Origin: Antedon mediterranea | Lineage: Eukaryota > Animalia > Echinodermata | DNA: 64,000 nucleotides | Assembly (NCBI RefSeq): GCF_964355755.1 | Contig: NC_092673.1 | Location: 20,519,648-20,583,647 of the forward strand | Reading direction: 5' to 3' | Shown: positions 48,813 to 61,246 of the stretch, piece by piece | How the letters are laid out: each line of letters begins with the position of its first letter | Position numbering within the stretch: position 1 is the first letter of the stretch | Made by a program: the position numbers and the translations under genes | The notes under the pieces: generated by a model | Databases searched by the model: none | Told to the model about the DNA's origin: nothing | The model's input: the letters and a program-made list of their open reading frames with translations, nothing else

Positions 48813-51612
48813 GTCCAGTAAAAATATGGTTGAACCTAGAACAAATTGCAACAGAATTTTTTTTTGTTTTATTTGGTTGATATGGTGAACATGAACATCA
48901 TATCCAAAGTTTACCAAAATCGGACATCGGGAAGTGGGTTAATTAGCATAAATTCAAAATGGCCGCCATTTGCTATTTTAAAGCCCCATATCTCCTTAAC
49001 GGTTGGATTTAGACCACCTATATGCATTACGAGTAGATATAAATGTGATATTAAACATTCTAACTGGCATATTTAAATTTCCATAGGACGTACCTATGAC
49101 GTCATATGGTAGTTGTGACGTCATAAATTATGTTATAAATGCTTAAATGACATTATACTATGCGAACAATTTAGAAACTGCAGAAAAACAAGTTTCCTAA
49201 CATTCTCCTTGTTGAAATGAACATAATTTCCAAAGTTTACCAAAATCGGACGTCAGGAAGTGTGTTAATTAGCATAAATTAAAAATGGCCGCTATTTACT
49301 ATATCATTTTGAAGCCCTATATCTCCTTAATGGTGGTTTTAGACCACCAAAGTGCATTGCGAGTAGATATAAATGTGACATTAAACTTCCCAATTAGCAC
49401 ATTTAAATTACCATATGACGTAAATATGACGTCATAAGGTAGTTGTGACGTCATATATTATGTTATAACTGCTTAAATGGCATTATCCCATGCTAAAAAA
49501 TGTAGAAACTGCAGGAAAACAATTTTCTAACAATTTCCTGTTGAAATGAACATGATATCCTAAGTTCACCAAAATCAGACTTCAAGAGGGTCAATTAGCA
49601 TAAATTCAAAATACCATTTTGAAGCCCTGTATCTCCTTAGCGGTTGGGTTTAGACAGCCTATGTGCATTACGAGTAGATATATATGTAAAAACCATTGAA
49701 ATTTATCATTAAGTTTCCATTTACAAAATCTTATGAAAATAGATATTCTACAGAACCGTATGAAAGGTGATCATCAACTGTATTTCCGAAACTGATTTGT
49801 ACTCAAGCGCACATCTTGTTTTGTGTTTTCTAAAACTACATCTTTTAGAACTTTATCTCTTTAAATTGGTAAAGGAATAAAAAAAATATTGTAATGAGGC
49901 GATTGATTGTGGGTCAGGCTATTCAAACCCATCATTCCCACAAACTCATCTCAATTGAAATGAAAATGATAAATGTCATACTGTAGTTTTCTGTATAGTC
50001 AGCATCTCCATTATGCTCTTTCAAATTTGCTATTTCATTGCATCTGTTTTGGTGTCGATCATTTATGAGACAACAACTTGATGTTTTATATAATGTTTAT
50101 CTTTTGAATGCTGTTTCCAAGATTCAATGAGCATATAACAAGGACACTTCATCCTAGTGTTAACTAGGATCAAGAACCATCAGTTAAAAGATACACATCA
50201 ACGGAATCCAAAAAGGGGTTGTTAAGGTAATACAGTAATTTTCAAACTTGCCACTACTAATTACAGTATTTTATTTTTCGACAAGACAGTATTCAACTTC
50301 CTTGACAAAAAATGTCTGAAAAATGGAATAGAAACTTTGAATGCAGATGGGGATCTATTAAATATCTTACTTTGCCATAATTAAAAAAAGCGATTGCGTT
50401 TTAAGACAGAAGAAGCAAAAAATAGTGGAATAATTGGTACTTAAAGAAAACATCTTAAGGAGCAAATTTGCAACATCTTTGTAATGCTCTGCACTTGCAA
50501 AGAAACAGGGGGATGCATTCTATTCTAAGCAAGAACTGTTTGGTCCAAAATTTAAAAAGACATCAGAAAAGCCAATGAAGTATTTTGACGGCGCCAACAT
50601 TACATTTTCTATGTATGTACTTTGGATTGGAAACTTACTGTGATCCAACTCCATATTTAGGATGGGGTCGAATTATTAAATCCCAGACTCATTACTTAAT
50701 TAAGAATCCTATTTCTTTAAATATATATGAGATATATGAGATATATATGCAGTTATAAAAAGTTGCAGTTGCAGAAAATTAACTGGAATGTTCTATTGCA
50801 TGTTGTGAAGGGTGGCCGAATAACTTCTGATACCCATGATCTTAACCTGGATGTGGTAAATGTTGTACTATTTTCATGAGATTAAAAACATTTTTTCCTT
50901 TCGGTTTCTATATTTTCCCCTTAGAATAATGCCAATTGAGCATTATTGTGACAAAATACATGACGTCATATGTCTTATGACATCATAGGTACGTTATATG
51001 GCAATTTAAATATGCTAATTATAAAGTTTAATATCACATTTATATCTACTCTCAATGCACTTAGGTGGTCTAAAACCAAGCGTTAAGGAGATATGGAGCT
51101 TCAAAATGGTATGATAAATAGCGGCCATTTTGAATGTATGCTAATTAACCCACTTCCTGACGTCCGATTTTGGTAAACTTTGGAAATAATGTTCATTTTA
51201 ACAAGGAGAATGTCAAGAAACATGTTTTCTTGCAGTCCCTAAATTGTTCGAATAGTATAATGTCATTTAAACAGTTATAACATAATATATGACGTCACAA
51301 CTACCATATGACGTCATAAGTACGTCATATGGAAATTTAAATATGCTAATTAGAATGTTTAATATCACATTTATATCTACTCATAATGCACTTAGGTGGT
51401 CTAAATCCAACCGTTAGAGAGATATGAGGCTTCAAAATAGCAAATGGCGGCCATTTTGAATTTATGCTAATTAACCCACTTCCCGATGTCCGATTTTGGT
51501 AAACTTTGGATATGATATTCATTTGAACCATATTTACCAGACAAAACCAAAAAAAATTCTGTTGCAATTTGTTCTAGGTTCACCCTATTTTTGACTTATC
51601 TTTACTGGACTA
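48811..51612. mobile_element. Foldback-type non-autonomous DNA transposon with long modular TIRs (~325-bp internal units)
   Basis: Termini TAGTCCAGTAAA...TTTACTGGACTA. Left arm (~48811-49700) and right arm (~50960-51612) are inverted copies; the unit marker ccaaagtttaccaaaatcggac recurs at ~48904, 49229, 49559 and, inverted, at ~51162 and 51488. Confidence 0.88.
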
Positions 51613-51665
51613 ATACTGGGTCAGGCCTTTTGTAGAGTTGCGCAGACGTGTTGTTTTGGGATTTG
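51613..51665 (+). pseudogene. Continuation of the FLVCR/SLC49 pseudogene after the insertion
   Basis: ATA CTG GGT CAG GCC TTT TGT AGA GTT GCG CAG = ILGQAFCRVAQ, resembling FLVCR LGQxLCSVAQ. Confidence 0.65.
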
Positions 51666-51719
51666 GATTGGATAAAAAGTATAGTAAGTAAAATAAGTAT
51701 TTTGAATTAAAAAACATTT

Positions 51720-51875
51720 AAAACAAGGCCATATACATGGCTGCAGTCGCGTGCGCAAATTTGAGTTAGTGTTTACCGACCGACCGACCAACCGACCGAC
51801 CAAATAACCGACCGACTAACCAACCGACCGACTGACATAGTGAGCTGTAGAGTCGCGTTTGCACGCGACTAAAAA
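51720..51875 (-). mobile_element. Helentron-associated (HINE/DINE-1-like) non-autonomous element
   Basis: Minus strand: TTTTTAGTCGCGTGCAAACGCGACT hairpin, (GGTC/GGTT)n microsatellite, second CACGCGACT subterminal repeat, GCCATGTATATGGC stem-loop, ends in a T-run. Confidence 0.7.
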
Positions 51876-52990
51876 CACGTACTTTTATGTATCATTTAAG
51901 ACATTGTATGTACCATTCAAAGCCTCGCATAAGAATCTAAACATACCTGTTCCAAACAACCCACATTTTCTGATTTCTGATTGGCTGTTGCTTAGAAATG
52001 TCACATAATTTTTGCACGATACCCTGACTACAATAACTTATTTTAAGAAAAACATAAATTGGAGATACGAGGTTAGAAAGAATAGCGACGATAAGTTCCT
52101 CGACTAATCAACGTTTTTAAAAACTAAATCATTACAGTTAGAATATTTCTATTACTAGTTTTGTAATAGACTCTTTCATGGAAGTCCGTAGTCTTTGACC
52201 ACAGGAGGAGAACAATAAAATAGATTTACCAGTGTGGACCGTAGTCATGGTGCGACGGACTTATACTTATTGAAATACTGTAGACCTACTATCGTAGAAT
52301 CCGCCCTTAATAACGCAAAAATAACAAAAACGTTTAAAATATAATTCAAAATGTTGCGTATAAGTAAATAGTTGTAGGCTATGAGTGTTATCTATTATAT
52401 TTTGTAATAAATTATGCCTATGTAAATACGAGAACAGGATTGACCGAAATGACACCACGTGCATAGCCCTTCTAACGACGTTATATAATTTCCACGAGAA
52501 TTGTATTTTTCTCTCTTGAAAAACACAATTATCTCGTAGAATATCAAATGTTATACAATACCGGCCTTTAAGCAGCCAATATCTATATGATAATGCACAA
52601 TACATAAATATGATGATATGCTAAAAAATAAAGAATGTATGTACAGTATAGTACGGGCAATTTCCACAAAAGAGAGAAGAAAGCTGAACAACCATGTTTC
52701 CAAATCTGGAAATCACTCCACCGACTGTGATGCTTTATATAAAATATAAATTAGGTAATGATACGTTTTTGTATTCCTTGTGAAAGATCCCTAAAGAATC
52801 CAAACAACAACACTTAATGTTATAAAAATAATAAATTTATTTGCAAATTAGACTTTTCCTGATAATAATACATTTTCATGATTAATTTATAGAAAACTAA
52901 AGTATAAAATATACATTGTGAAATTGGATAAACATTATTATTAAAATATAAAAGTTATTAAAATATTGTAAATTTCTGAAAGAAAGGGAA

Positions 52991-53767
52991 TTATAAAGTA
53001 TTGATCGTGTTTGCCAACATGTCAACGATATCATTAATAACAGGTCGGCGGTCTGGATCAACGTGAGTGCATTTCTTTCCGATTTCATATAGAGGTCTCA
53101 TTCGTAGACGAGAACCCATGTCCAGCAACATGACACCAAGGCTGTGAATGTCCGATTTAAATGTCGGTGGTGAATTTTGAAAATGAAGCTCTGGCGCATA
53201 TTCTCTGTGAGCTGCTATCATCGATTTTCTCACGCTCTCATGAGTTTCATTCAGCTTAAAGAAGTCGAATGGGGCTTTAACGTGACATACCGAACCAAAG
53301 TCAGTGATTTTGGCTGACCACCTCTCCCCATTATGATAGAGAAGAATGTTCCTTGTCGCGATATCGTTGTGAATTAGTCCATGTTCCTGCATTATCTGAA
53401 CTCCCTCTGCTATGTCCAGTGCAATATTTAGACTTTCTGAGAGAGTAAGTGGTGGATCTTTGAAGGTGATGGCTTTAAATAGAGTCACAGACTTGAAACG
53501 CTCCGGGTGACCAACATATTCGATGACGATTCTCTTTTTTGATTCGAATGAAGATTTCTCGCAAATGCCATAAACAAATGGAAATAATTTGCTTTTTCTT
53601 GATAACAACATTAGTACACGGGCTTCGAGTGTAACTGACAACTCATCCAGAAAATGCTCTGATTTGTCACTTGAGATAAAGCAGGATTTGACAGCAACAA
53701 GGGGGCCATCTGAATAATCCAGTCGATTTAGCAATACTTCACCGTAGGCACCTTTCCCAAGTGTCAC
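52991..53767 (-). CDS. Kinase-domain terminal exon
   Basis: tttcag|GTG ACA CTT GGG AAA GGT; complete kinase subdomains I-XI. Confidence 0.93.
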   Translation of the reverse strand: MTLGKGAYGEVLLNRLDYSDGPLVAVKSCFISSDKSEHFLDELSVTLEARVLMLLSRKSKLFPFVYGICEKSSFESKKRIVIEYVGHPERFKSVTLFKAITFKDPPLTLSESLNIALDIAEGVQIMQEHGLIHNDIATRNILLYHNGERWSAKITDFGSVCHVKAPFDFFKLNETHESVRKSMIAAHREYAPELHFQNSPPTFKSDIHSLGVMLLDMGSRLRMRPLYEIGKKCTHVDPDRRPVINDIVDMLANTINTL

Positions 53768-55788
53768 CTGAAAGATAAATTCAAAACGATTATTTAGGAT
53801 TCATTTTTAAATCACCTATCACAAAATGTGCATAACATTAATATGTAAATTTAAGGAACTCACCTGTTTATTTAAAAGAAACACCGGGTATAAATCTGTC
53901 ATTGATATCATTTGAAAATCCGTTGGTAATATTGCGTCCAACATCATAAGATGATCAGGTATGGTTGAATTGTCTGGTGGTCCGATAGGTGCTAATACTC
54001 TACTGTGTTGGCCAAGATCGTGGTACGAGGTAGAAAGGCACAAGATGTTCTGCCATTCGCCGCTGATTGGAGCTCCTAAAGAATTCATGTCGTCATCAAA
54101 ATCATCCGTGTCAATAAAGACCAATTCTGCTGGATTGTTTTCTGGTAGGATGATGGATTCATCAGCTTGACATACAATCGGTATAGATATGTCATTCCGA
54201 AGGCTGGTGATGTTACTCCTGACAGAACTTGCAAATGATTGTCTTAACGCTAGTGTTGTGCTGCGCTCTTCACTGAAGTGTACATGCATTGTGGCGGATT
54301 GGTGATCCATGTTGAAAAAGACAAAATACATCAAGCCACAAATTGATTTGTAAAGATGGTATAACAGCCAGCATGTGTCATGTGTTACCTTTCTCGTTTC
54401 CTTCACAATTCTGTTTTCAGCATCATAGCTACAAGCAAGTAGCATCCACGTTCTTGCAATCATCACAAAGATAAACCTAGCTTGTTCATTTTCAACAATG
54501 ATATCCAGTGAAGACCGCCGTGTGTAATTAAACGAAAAGGTCACAAAGAGCTTTTTGTCGTAGCAGATTTCCAATCTGTATGATGAACGAACGATGTCGG
54601 GTTTGGATGGCAGCACCAGTCGATGACATACTTCATGGCATGTGTCCAGTGGAGGATGACGTAGTAAATAGAGGGTCTATGGATAGAAAATTTATATTAA
54701 GTATTAGACGCAATGATTATAGACAGAATAAATTGGATTTTACATAAGATAATAATAGTAAACATGGTTATGAAAATTACACTTACTTGTTGGTAATTTG
54801 CACCTAATATTGATGATGACAACAATCTGGCTTTTACTGAATCGTGCACATTCCTTAATGGCGTCGGCTTTACATGTAAATGCTGTAATAAAGATATTAA
54901 AACGCTGTTAATAATTCAAGTCTGCATTAAAAATACACTCTATAATTTGATCAATTGCACAATTCAAAATACGCACCTTCTTGCTTGACTTGGTCTCCAA
55001 ACTGAAGCAACCGTGCCATAAGTGGAAAGACTCGGTAGTTAAGAAAGGTTCATGATTTACACTGTGCCATTCTGCAATGCTGCAGTAAGACAAGCTGATT
55101 ATCTGGCTTATGTTAACAACATGAATTGATCGGGTTTTCAACACAGCTCTTGTGTGGATTGAACCATTCACATACTTATGTACAGGATCGGCAAACTGTC
55201 CCTTAACAACACTGGGTTGTATCAGTGCTGGAACAAAGTTGATTTTGTCCAGTGAGAAACACTTCCGAATGATGTTTAGTGCAAGAATATGATCTGGTTC
55301 TGAAATGGTGATGTTGACACCAGTTGCATGAAAGACGTTGTCCACAATACAGCTGTTGTCCAATATGATCAATGATCTGGCGTATTGCGCGATTGCGATG
55401 TCAAGCGTTGTGTCTGGACAGTAACCAATGGAGTCGTGTTGAAGTAGATTCACACCAATGCCGTATATTATCTTTAACAATATAACACGAATGTGTGATG
55501 GTATCTTGACCCACACCTGATAGCCTGTCGTGGTCACATCGTCATCAGTATGAGGTTTTTGGAAACAAAAACAGCATCGAAAATACTTGTTGAAAAATGT
55601 AGTAAAACGAGTACCTCTGTTGAAGAAATACCTTCCAGTTAGGTAAAGTGTATATACCTTAATAACAGGTTTAAGTTGAATCATTATCTTTCTTTGCTAT
55701 CAGTGCAATAATAATAATAAATTGTATTTCGATATATTTACCGTTTTTTACCACTCCTTTTTAATATGTTTTTAATTCGTCCTGGCAT
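52991..55788 (-). CDS. Tyrosine-kinase-like (non-RD) protein kinase with long uncharacterised N-terminal region, ~790 aa. Exons 55788-55742, 55616-54977, 54882-54787, 54676-53864, 53767-52991
   Basis: Four short GT-AG introns link ORFs 54908-55684, 53819-54616 and 52991-53767 in frame (47+640+96+813+777=2373 nt). Kinase motifs: LGKGAYGEV, VAVK, HNDIATRNIL, DFG, YAPE, SDIHSLG. Confidence 0.85.
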
Positions 55789-58206
55789 AATCTAAATAGT
55801 AAAATAAAAATATATTGTTTATTGAGATAATATGCCTACATGCCCAACATTGGCGTATTAATTGAAAACAATTTGAAAGTTACAAATTATCAAAATATTT
55901 TTTGATAATAGGTTTAAAGATATAATTAATTTCTCACCAAAAATTACATGTGAACTTGAATTGAATAAATTTCTGTAATAAAAATACAAGATATGAATTC
56001 ACAATTAACAATACTGTACACGCAGATTTATATATTGTATTTCGTATCCGGACGAGCCTTAAGTTTGAGAAGCTAAACTGACTAATGGTTCTGTCTGAGG
56101 GTAGTATAGGTTGTTCTGGAGGAGTTGTCGTGAAAGTGGGTGCGGTATTTTTGTTATAAGGATATTACGCTAAAGGGTGTAGAACTACACACACAGAGGG
56201 GCACAGTGATGGGAGTATTATTGACTAGGCCTAGGCCTAGGCCTAGGCCCAAAAACAATCCTTATTTTATTTCATATAAACCATTAATTTCTTTAAATGT
56301 GTATACATGTGTACAATATTTGCTTATCCTATAACACTGAACCTTTAATCATTCTGTTAATCACATATTTTAAACGATTTTTCAATTGCCAAAAAGGCGA
56401 TAAAAAACGTAAAATTATAGAGGATTTTGTTAGCGATACTTACCTTTTGAAGTTCGTGTAGTGAATGAGTTCATCTCCATGGCCGTCGCTACAACAATGT
56501 TGCCATGCGCAGCGTAGCGAATGGAATACGCACTCCGTACGCGCGCATTTGTACTACTACATCTCTCCTCCCTCGTTTGAACCAACCCCGTAAGAGAATC
56601 TTGTTTTAAATTCATATGAGAAAAACCTACTCAAATTGTGTTCATCGTATACCAACCGCTGCACAGTTCCTGTCGGTTGTATTGCGGTCATCTTACTCTA
56701 AATATAGAAGTTTAGACATAGTCCATCAAATTCTTTATATTTGGTATTTAAGGTTTTCTCACATGTCTTCATTCTCTGAACACACGAGCGTCTGAGACTT
56801 TAAAATATTCGAAATGGAACCGTACGCATACGGTACACAGTATCTCAATCCCAAAATATCAGAAGAAACGTAGGCCTATACCTGCGTATTTTGCTATAGT
56901 AACTATTATACAGCCGGCTGTATAATAACAATAATGAATGTGGAATGGTACAAAAAATGTAATTCGACGAATAATGAAAGGTTGAATTTCATGTCATAAT
57001 TTGTGTCATTCCAGTCATAAACATTAATTATGTGTATAATGGTGTACACAGGACCTCCAGTTTTAAGTCCTTGGAATATTTTTTCTACCACGAACAATGG
57101 TAGAAGATTGACTTTAATCTGTGCTGATTGTACAGTTATGGTTTGCGGCGCCCCTGTTTGTTGTGTAGGTTGTGGCCTCGACGATTAGGAGTTTCAAACT
57201 TTTGTGAAAGCACCCTCTATAGCTTGGGTTTAATTTGTATAGCGCCCTCATTTGTTTGGAAATGCTTTCTCCCGAAATTTTATTCTCCAAATTGGGAAAA
57301 CTGTTTTCTCAATAAATTAAAAGACGCAAATGAGAAATATATCGTTTTTATTTGATAATACCAGGCGCCTATATAATAAATGTTAGGCATTTTGGAGTAT
57401 GACTTACGGTAATGCAAATTTATAAGCACGTTGACAAAAATAGAGAACACACACATCGTAGTTTTAAAACCTACTATTAATTTAGAATATTACCACCATT
57501 TAAGTAAACGCTCTCTTTCATAATACAATGCCGTAAAATACATTCGATTTTGCGCAATTATAGTTTGTTTAAATTATTATTAGTTAATGTGTATCAGACA
57601 ATATTATACATGGATATTAATATTCAATAATAAAAGGCCTACAAAATTATAGGCATACAATATGACCTTTGTTTTACATTCTGCATACGATAATTATTCT
57701 AGAGCCACCAGCTAATAAGTGTCTCAAGTAAAAGCTATTTACAAAAACTAAAAGATGGGTTAATGATAATATAATAACAACCAGTAACCAACCTATTATA
57801 TCACCAGTTTCCAATATGGTACTAAATTTACGAACATTAATAATAGAATTTTTTGTACATAACTAATCAAAATCATTGTATTACGTCTTTAGAAATCAGA
57901 CAGCACCAAAAGACTAATCAAAATTAGTCCTCGAATTCTTCTCGCAAAACGCACGAGTATCAACAGTTGTAAAGCAAAAACGTTTGAACAACATCAGTTC
58001 AGAATTGCTGTCATTAAAAGCCTAACACTAATGTTCCAGCAACATAATAGAACAAAAGTATTCTTGCGACGTTGATCCAATCTTTTCCAATCGCTTATTT
58101 AAGTCATCATTACAGTTATTTCTGAACTATCAATGGCTGCATCCGCTTTGGTTGCGTATGGATACAAATAGATGTGCGTATGGATACAAATAGATGTATG
58201 TATGCA

Positions 58207-61175
58207 TTAGTACAGTTGACATACAACACCAGTAATAGTAAGTATACTTCCGATAAGATAACAGAACAGAAACACTCTGTCAAGAACTCTTGCAACTTTG
58301 ATCCAATCACTTCCAACTCTACGCGCTACAGCCTCTCCTTCGTAATGCGTAACTATCTTCCTTATTTCACCTTTCATTTTCCACAGTAAATCCTCTTGTG
58401 CCTTTAACGTTTGTTGGTGATGGTTAGACGATTGGCAGTTTCCTGTAAGATGTCTCTGTTCCATTAATGGTGACACGGTGTTTTGATCAACTATTTCCCA
58501 TGCTTGCAATTCCTTTGCTAACCTTTTACCCACAATGCTTTCTTCGTCGTCTAATTTGCAAGATGGCATGATATAGTGAGCTAATTTACATAATATAAGT
58601 TTCCGCATCCACCCAGGTACCGGATGCGTATCGGAACTCCGATGATGAATATTTAATACGCATGTAGACATTGCTAGAGATAGAGATATTAGCGCCATTG
58701 TTGCTGCAAAATATTGTCCTAAAAGAATACAAATTATATTCATTTACGAGAGAAGTACTGTAGTCATATTTTCATCTCTGGATTTGTGTAAATTTGTGAT
58801 ATTTAATTACTAATGTATCGTTCGTATCTTTTGGTAAGCATTTATATCCTTTTATCATTCAATTGTTAAGTTGCAAATTATCTGGTTTTTGAAAATGTGA
58901 ATTGTAATATTATAAAATGTATTAAAGTCTACAGACGTAAATTTAGTTTAATTCATAAACAAGGTAATGAATTTTGTTGAATTAAAATGCAATTCTTACC
59001 TATGATTGGTACTGAGCTGGTGGGCGGCATTGTCTCGGCAACCATTAACAAGAAAACGGTCATTGATAAGAGAACAGTTATACAAAGACTAATCTTCTCA
59101 CCAGATTCAGGAGGTAAAAAGAACGTCATCATTGCCACAATTGAAACAAGGAAACATGGTGTTACAAGGTTAAACAGGTAGTATAGAGGGCGTCTGCGCA
59201 AAACAACTTCGTACTCAACATCTGTAAATTTCTTCCCCGGATCATCCGGGTACTCTTCTTCTTCATCTTTAAAGCTTATGTTCACCATGTCCCACTGGCC
59301 GTCGCTGTCAAAAACAGAGATGTCACCTTTCAAAAAAATAAATATGTGAGGTTAATACGCTTTTTAAAAAGTTATTTTAGTCGGTTTTTAGTGTGTAAGT
59401 TGGTCGATTTGCACATACCATCTGAACCTTTTATTCCAACACTGCTCTTTTCGTACTGCCATGGTCCAAACTTTAGAGTACAAGTTTGCTTATCAAATGG
59501 AAACGCATTTACGTTGATCTTGCAGTAAGTGGTAAATATCATTGGTGAAGCCCACGTGATTACCCCTTCGTAGGTAACTATTACCACGCGGTCTTCCATA
59601 AAATTGTAATAATTACCACCGGCACTGCAAAAAAATATATATACTGTAGCCTATATTAAATGATGAAAATGTGTATGGTCCATTTTTTGTCCAGAGTTTT
59701 CCGGAACAATGCAATAATTCAATTTGAAAATTGCAAATGGATGTTTTCAAAATAATAAACTTTCCGCGGTCCGATTTTGATGAAATAAGACAATTGTTTA
59801 ACAACTATATGTTTGTTGTCAATCAATATTCGACGCATATGTCATTAGAGCAATCGGACCGCGCATGCGAGATATGCAAGGGTACGTTTCGTTGGTTGTG
59901 TTACGATATTGCCAATAGAGGGCCGGATGGTTTTTCAAAGAGTGTTTTTTTAGTTGACAGTACACAGATTTAACATGACTCTGAAGCAGGGAGTTTGCTC
60001 TGGTATAGGTTAGCGGATTTGATTGTTTGATCCTTTTGTCCCTGCTTAACTGAGCACTGGAATAACGTTATCTAACTATATATCAATACCGCCTTACTTG
60101 TTATATAGCGTTATATCTGGCATCCATATCTTGGAGGAAGGAACTTTTAAATTAGTGATTCCATTGTAGTTCTCTGGACGCCATCTTAAATATTCGTCGA
60201 TCCAAATCTAAACAAAGTATAACATTATTAACATTTTAACACATGCTAAATTCGTAGAAATATTTGATTTGATCATGGATAATCAATTATTTTTTCAAAT
60301 TTATTTCATAAAATAATTTTCATACCAACATTGAAGACACAGAAAATGAAATAAAAGCGGAGAAAACTCAAAAAATGAACTTATTATAACCATGGAGGAA
60401 CGAATTCAATTAATTACCTAATTCGTTTGTTTTAATTGTGACGTTGAAAACGTCACCGTCATGAATATTGATTACCCCCAACGTAATTAGAATACACAGA
60501 CAATGTCCTGCAACAGGCAGAAATGTACCTGTCGTTTATAAGGTAACCATTAGTATATGCCTAATTGGATAAATCCCAGCCACTATTCAAGTAAATTGAG
60601 TATACAGTAGTTAGATTAACTTATTTTATTCATTTTACTTTTCAACGTAGCCTACATGGTCGGAATGTCTTCCAGTCAAAACGTAAAACTGATTATTGTA
60701 TAGGTGTATATTTAGCCTATTCATCCGTAACGATGTGGTGAATTAAAGATGGTGAGATTTAGTTTAACGTTTAGGGTAGTAAGTAATTCTTTAAAACAGT
60801 AGAACCATTACTCCATGTTAGAACCACTCATTTTAGGACAACCTTATCTGGGAAACACCTCTATTGAGGGGACACTTTCCCACGATAACGAGAGGATGTA
60901 TACATTACAGCCAAGCACTATTAAAGGGACCTCTATTCAGGGGACAATTTAGTTGGGTCCCGAAGATGAGGGTTTTACTGTAGGCTGACGGATGAATATT
61001 GACTGTAAATCATTCATTTGTTAGCATGTGGTGCCAAGATCCAATTAACAATATTGATTTACTGCCCTCTATTATTTCAACAAATTAATTTAGCGATAAC
61101 GATACATATAATGTGTTTATTTCAACTTACTAGTGTTAACCAGGAGTTACTCTTCAACGTTTGCATCCGCTCGTC
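58207..61175 (-). CDS. Nicotinic acetylcholine receptor-like subunit (gene B, paralog of gene A; 5' exons beyond window). Exons 61175-61131, 60207-60098, 59624-59419, 59326-59000, 58718-58207
   Basis: Same exon phases and near-identical sizes as gene A (45, 110, 206, 327 nt). Motifs: DERMQTLKSNSWL, IWIDEYLRWRPENY...IWMPDITLYN, CKINVNAFPFDKQTC, EEYPDDPGKKFTDV, FFLPPESGEKISLCITVLLSMTVF, DWIKVARVLDRVFL. Confidence 0.95.
60797..60980. mobile_element. Tc1/mariner(pogo)-type MITE
   Basis: CAGTAGAACC...GGTTTTACTG+TA; internal cctctattcaggggacac-type subrepeats. Confidence 0.65.
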
Positions 61176-61246
61176 CTATATCAAAAGAAAAAAATTCAAA
61201 ATAATGATTTAAATAATAATGCGTAACAGTATTACTACAGTAGAAA

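Noticed and set aside
48846-51567. Two near-identical small ORFs (MQQNFF...) as duplicated genes
   Set aside because: They are the inverted arms of the foldback element; they start at non-ATG codons and have no protein-like features.
53819-55684. Three independent genes or a viral operon
   Set aside because: Canonical splice sites join them in frame into one protein; no viral hallmark genes or terminal repeats were identified.
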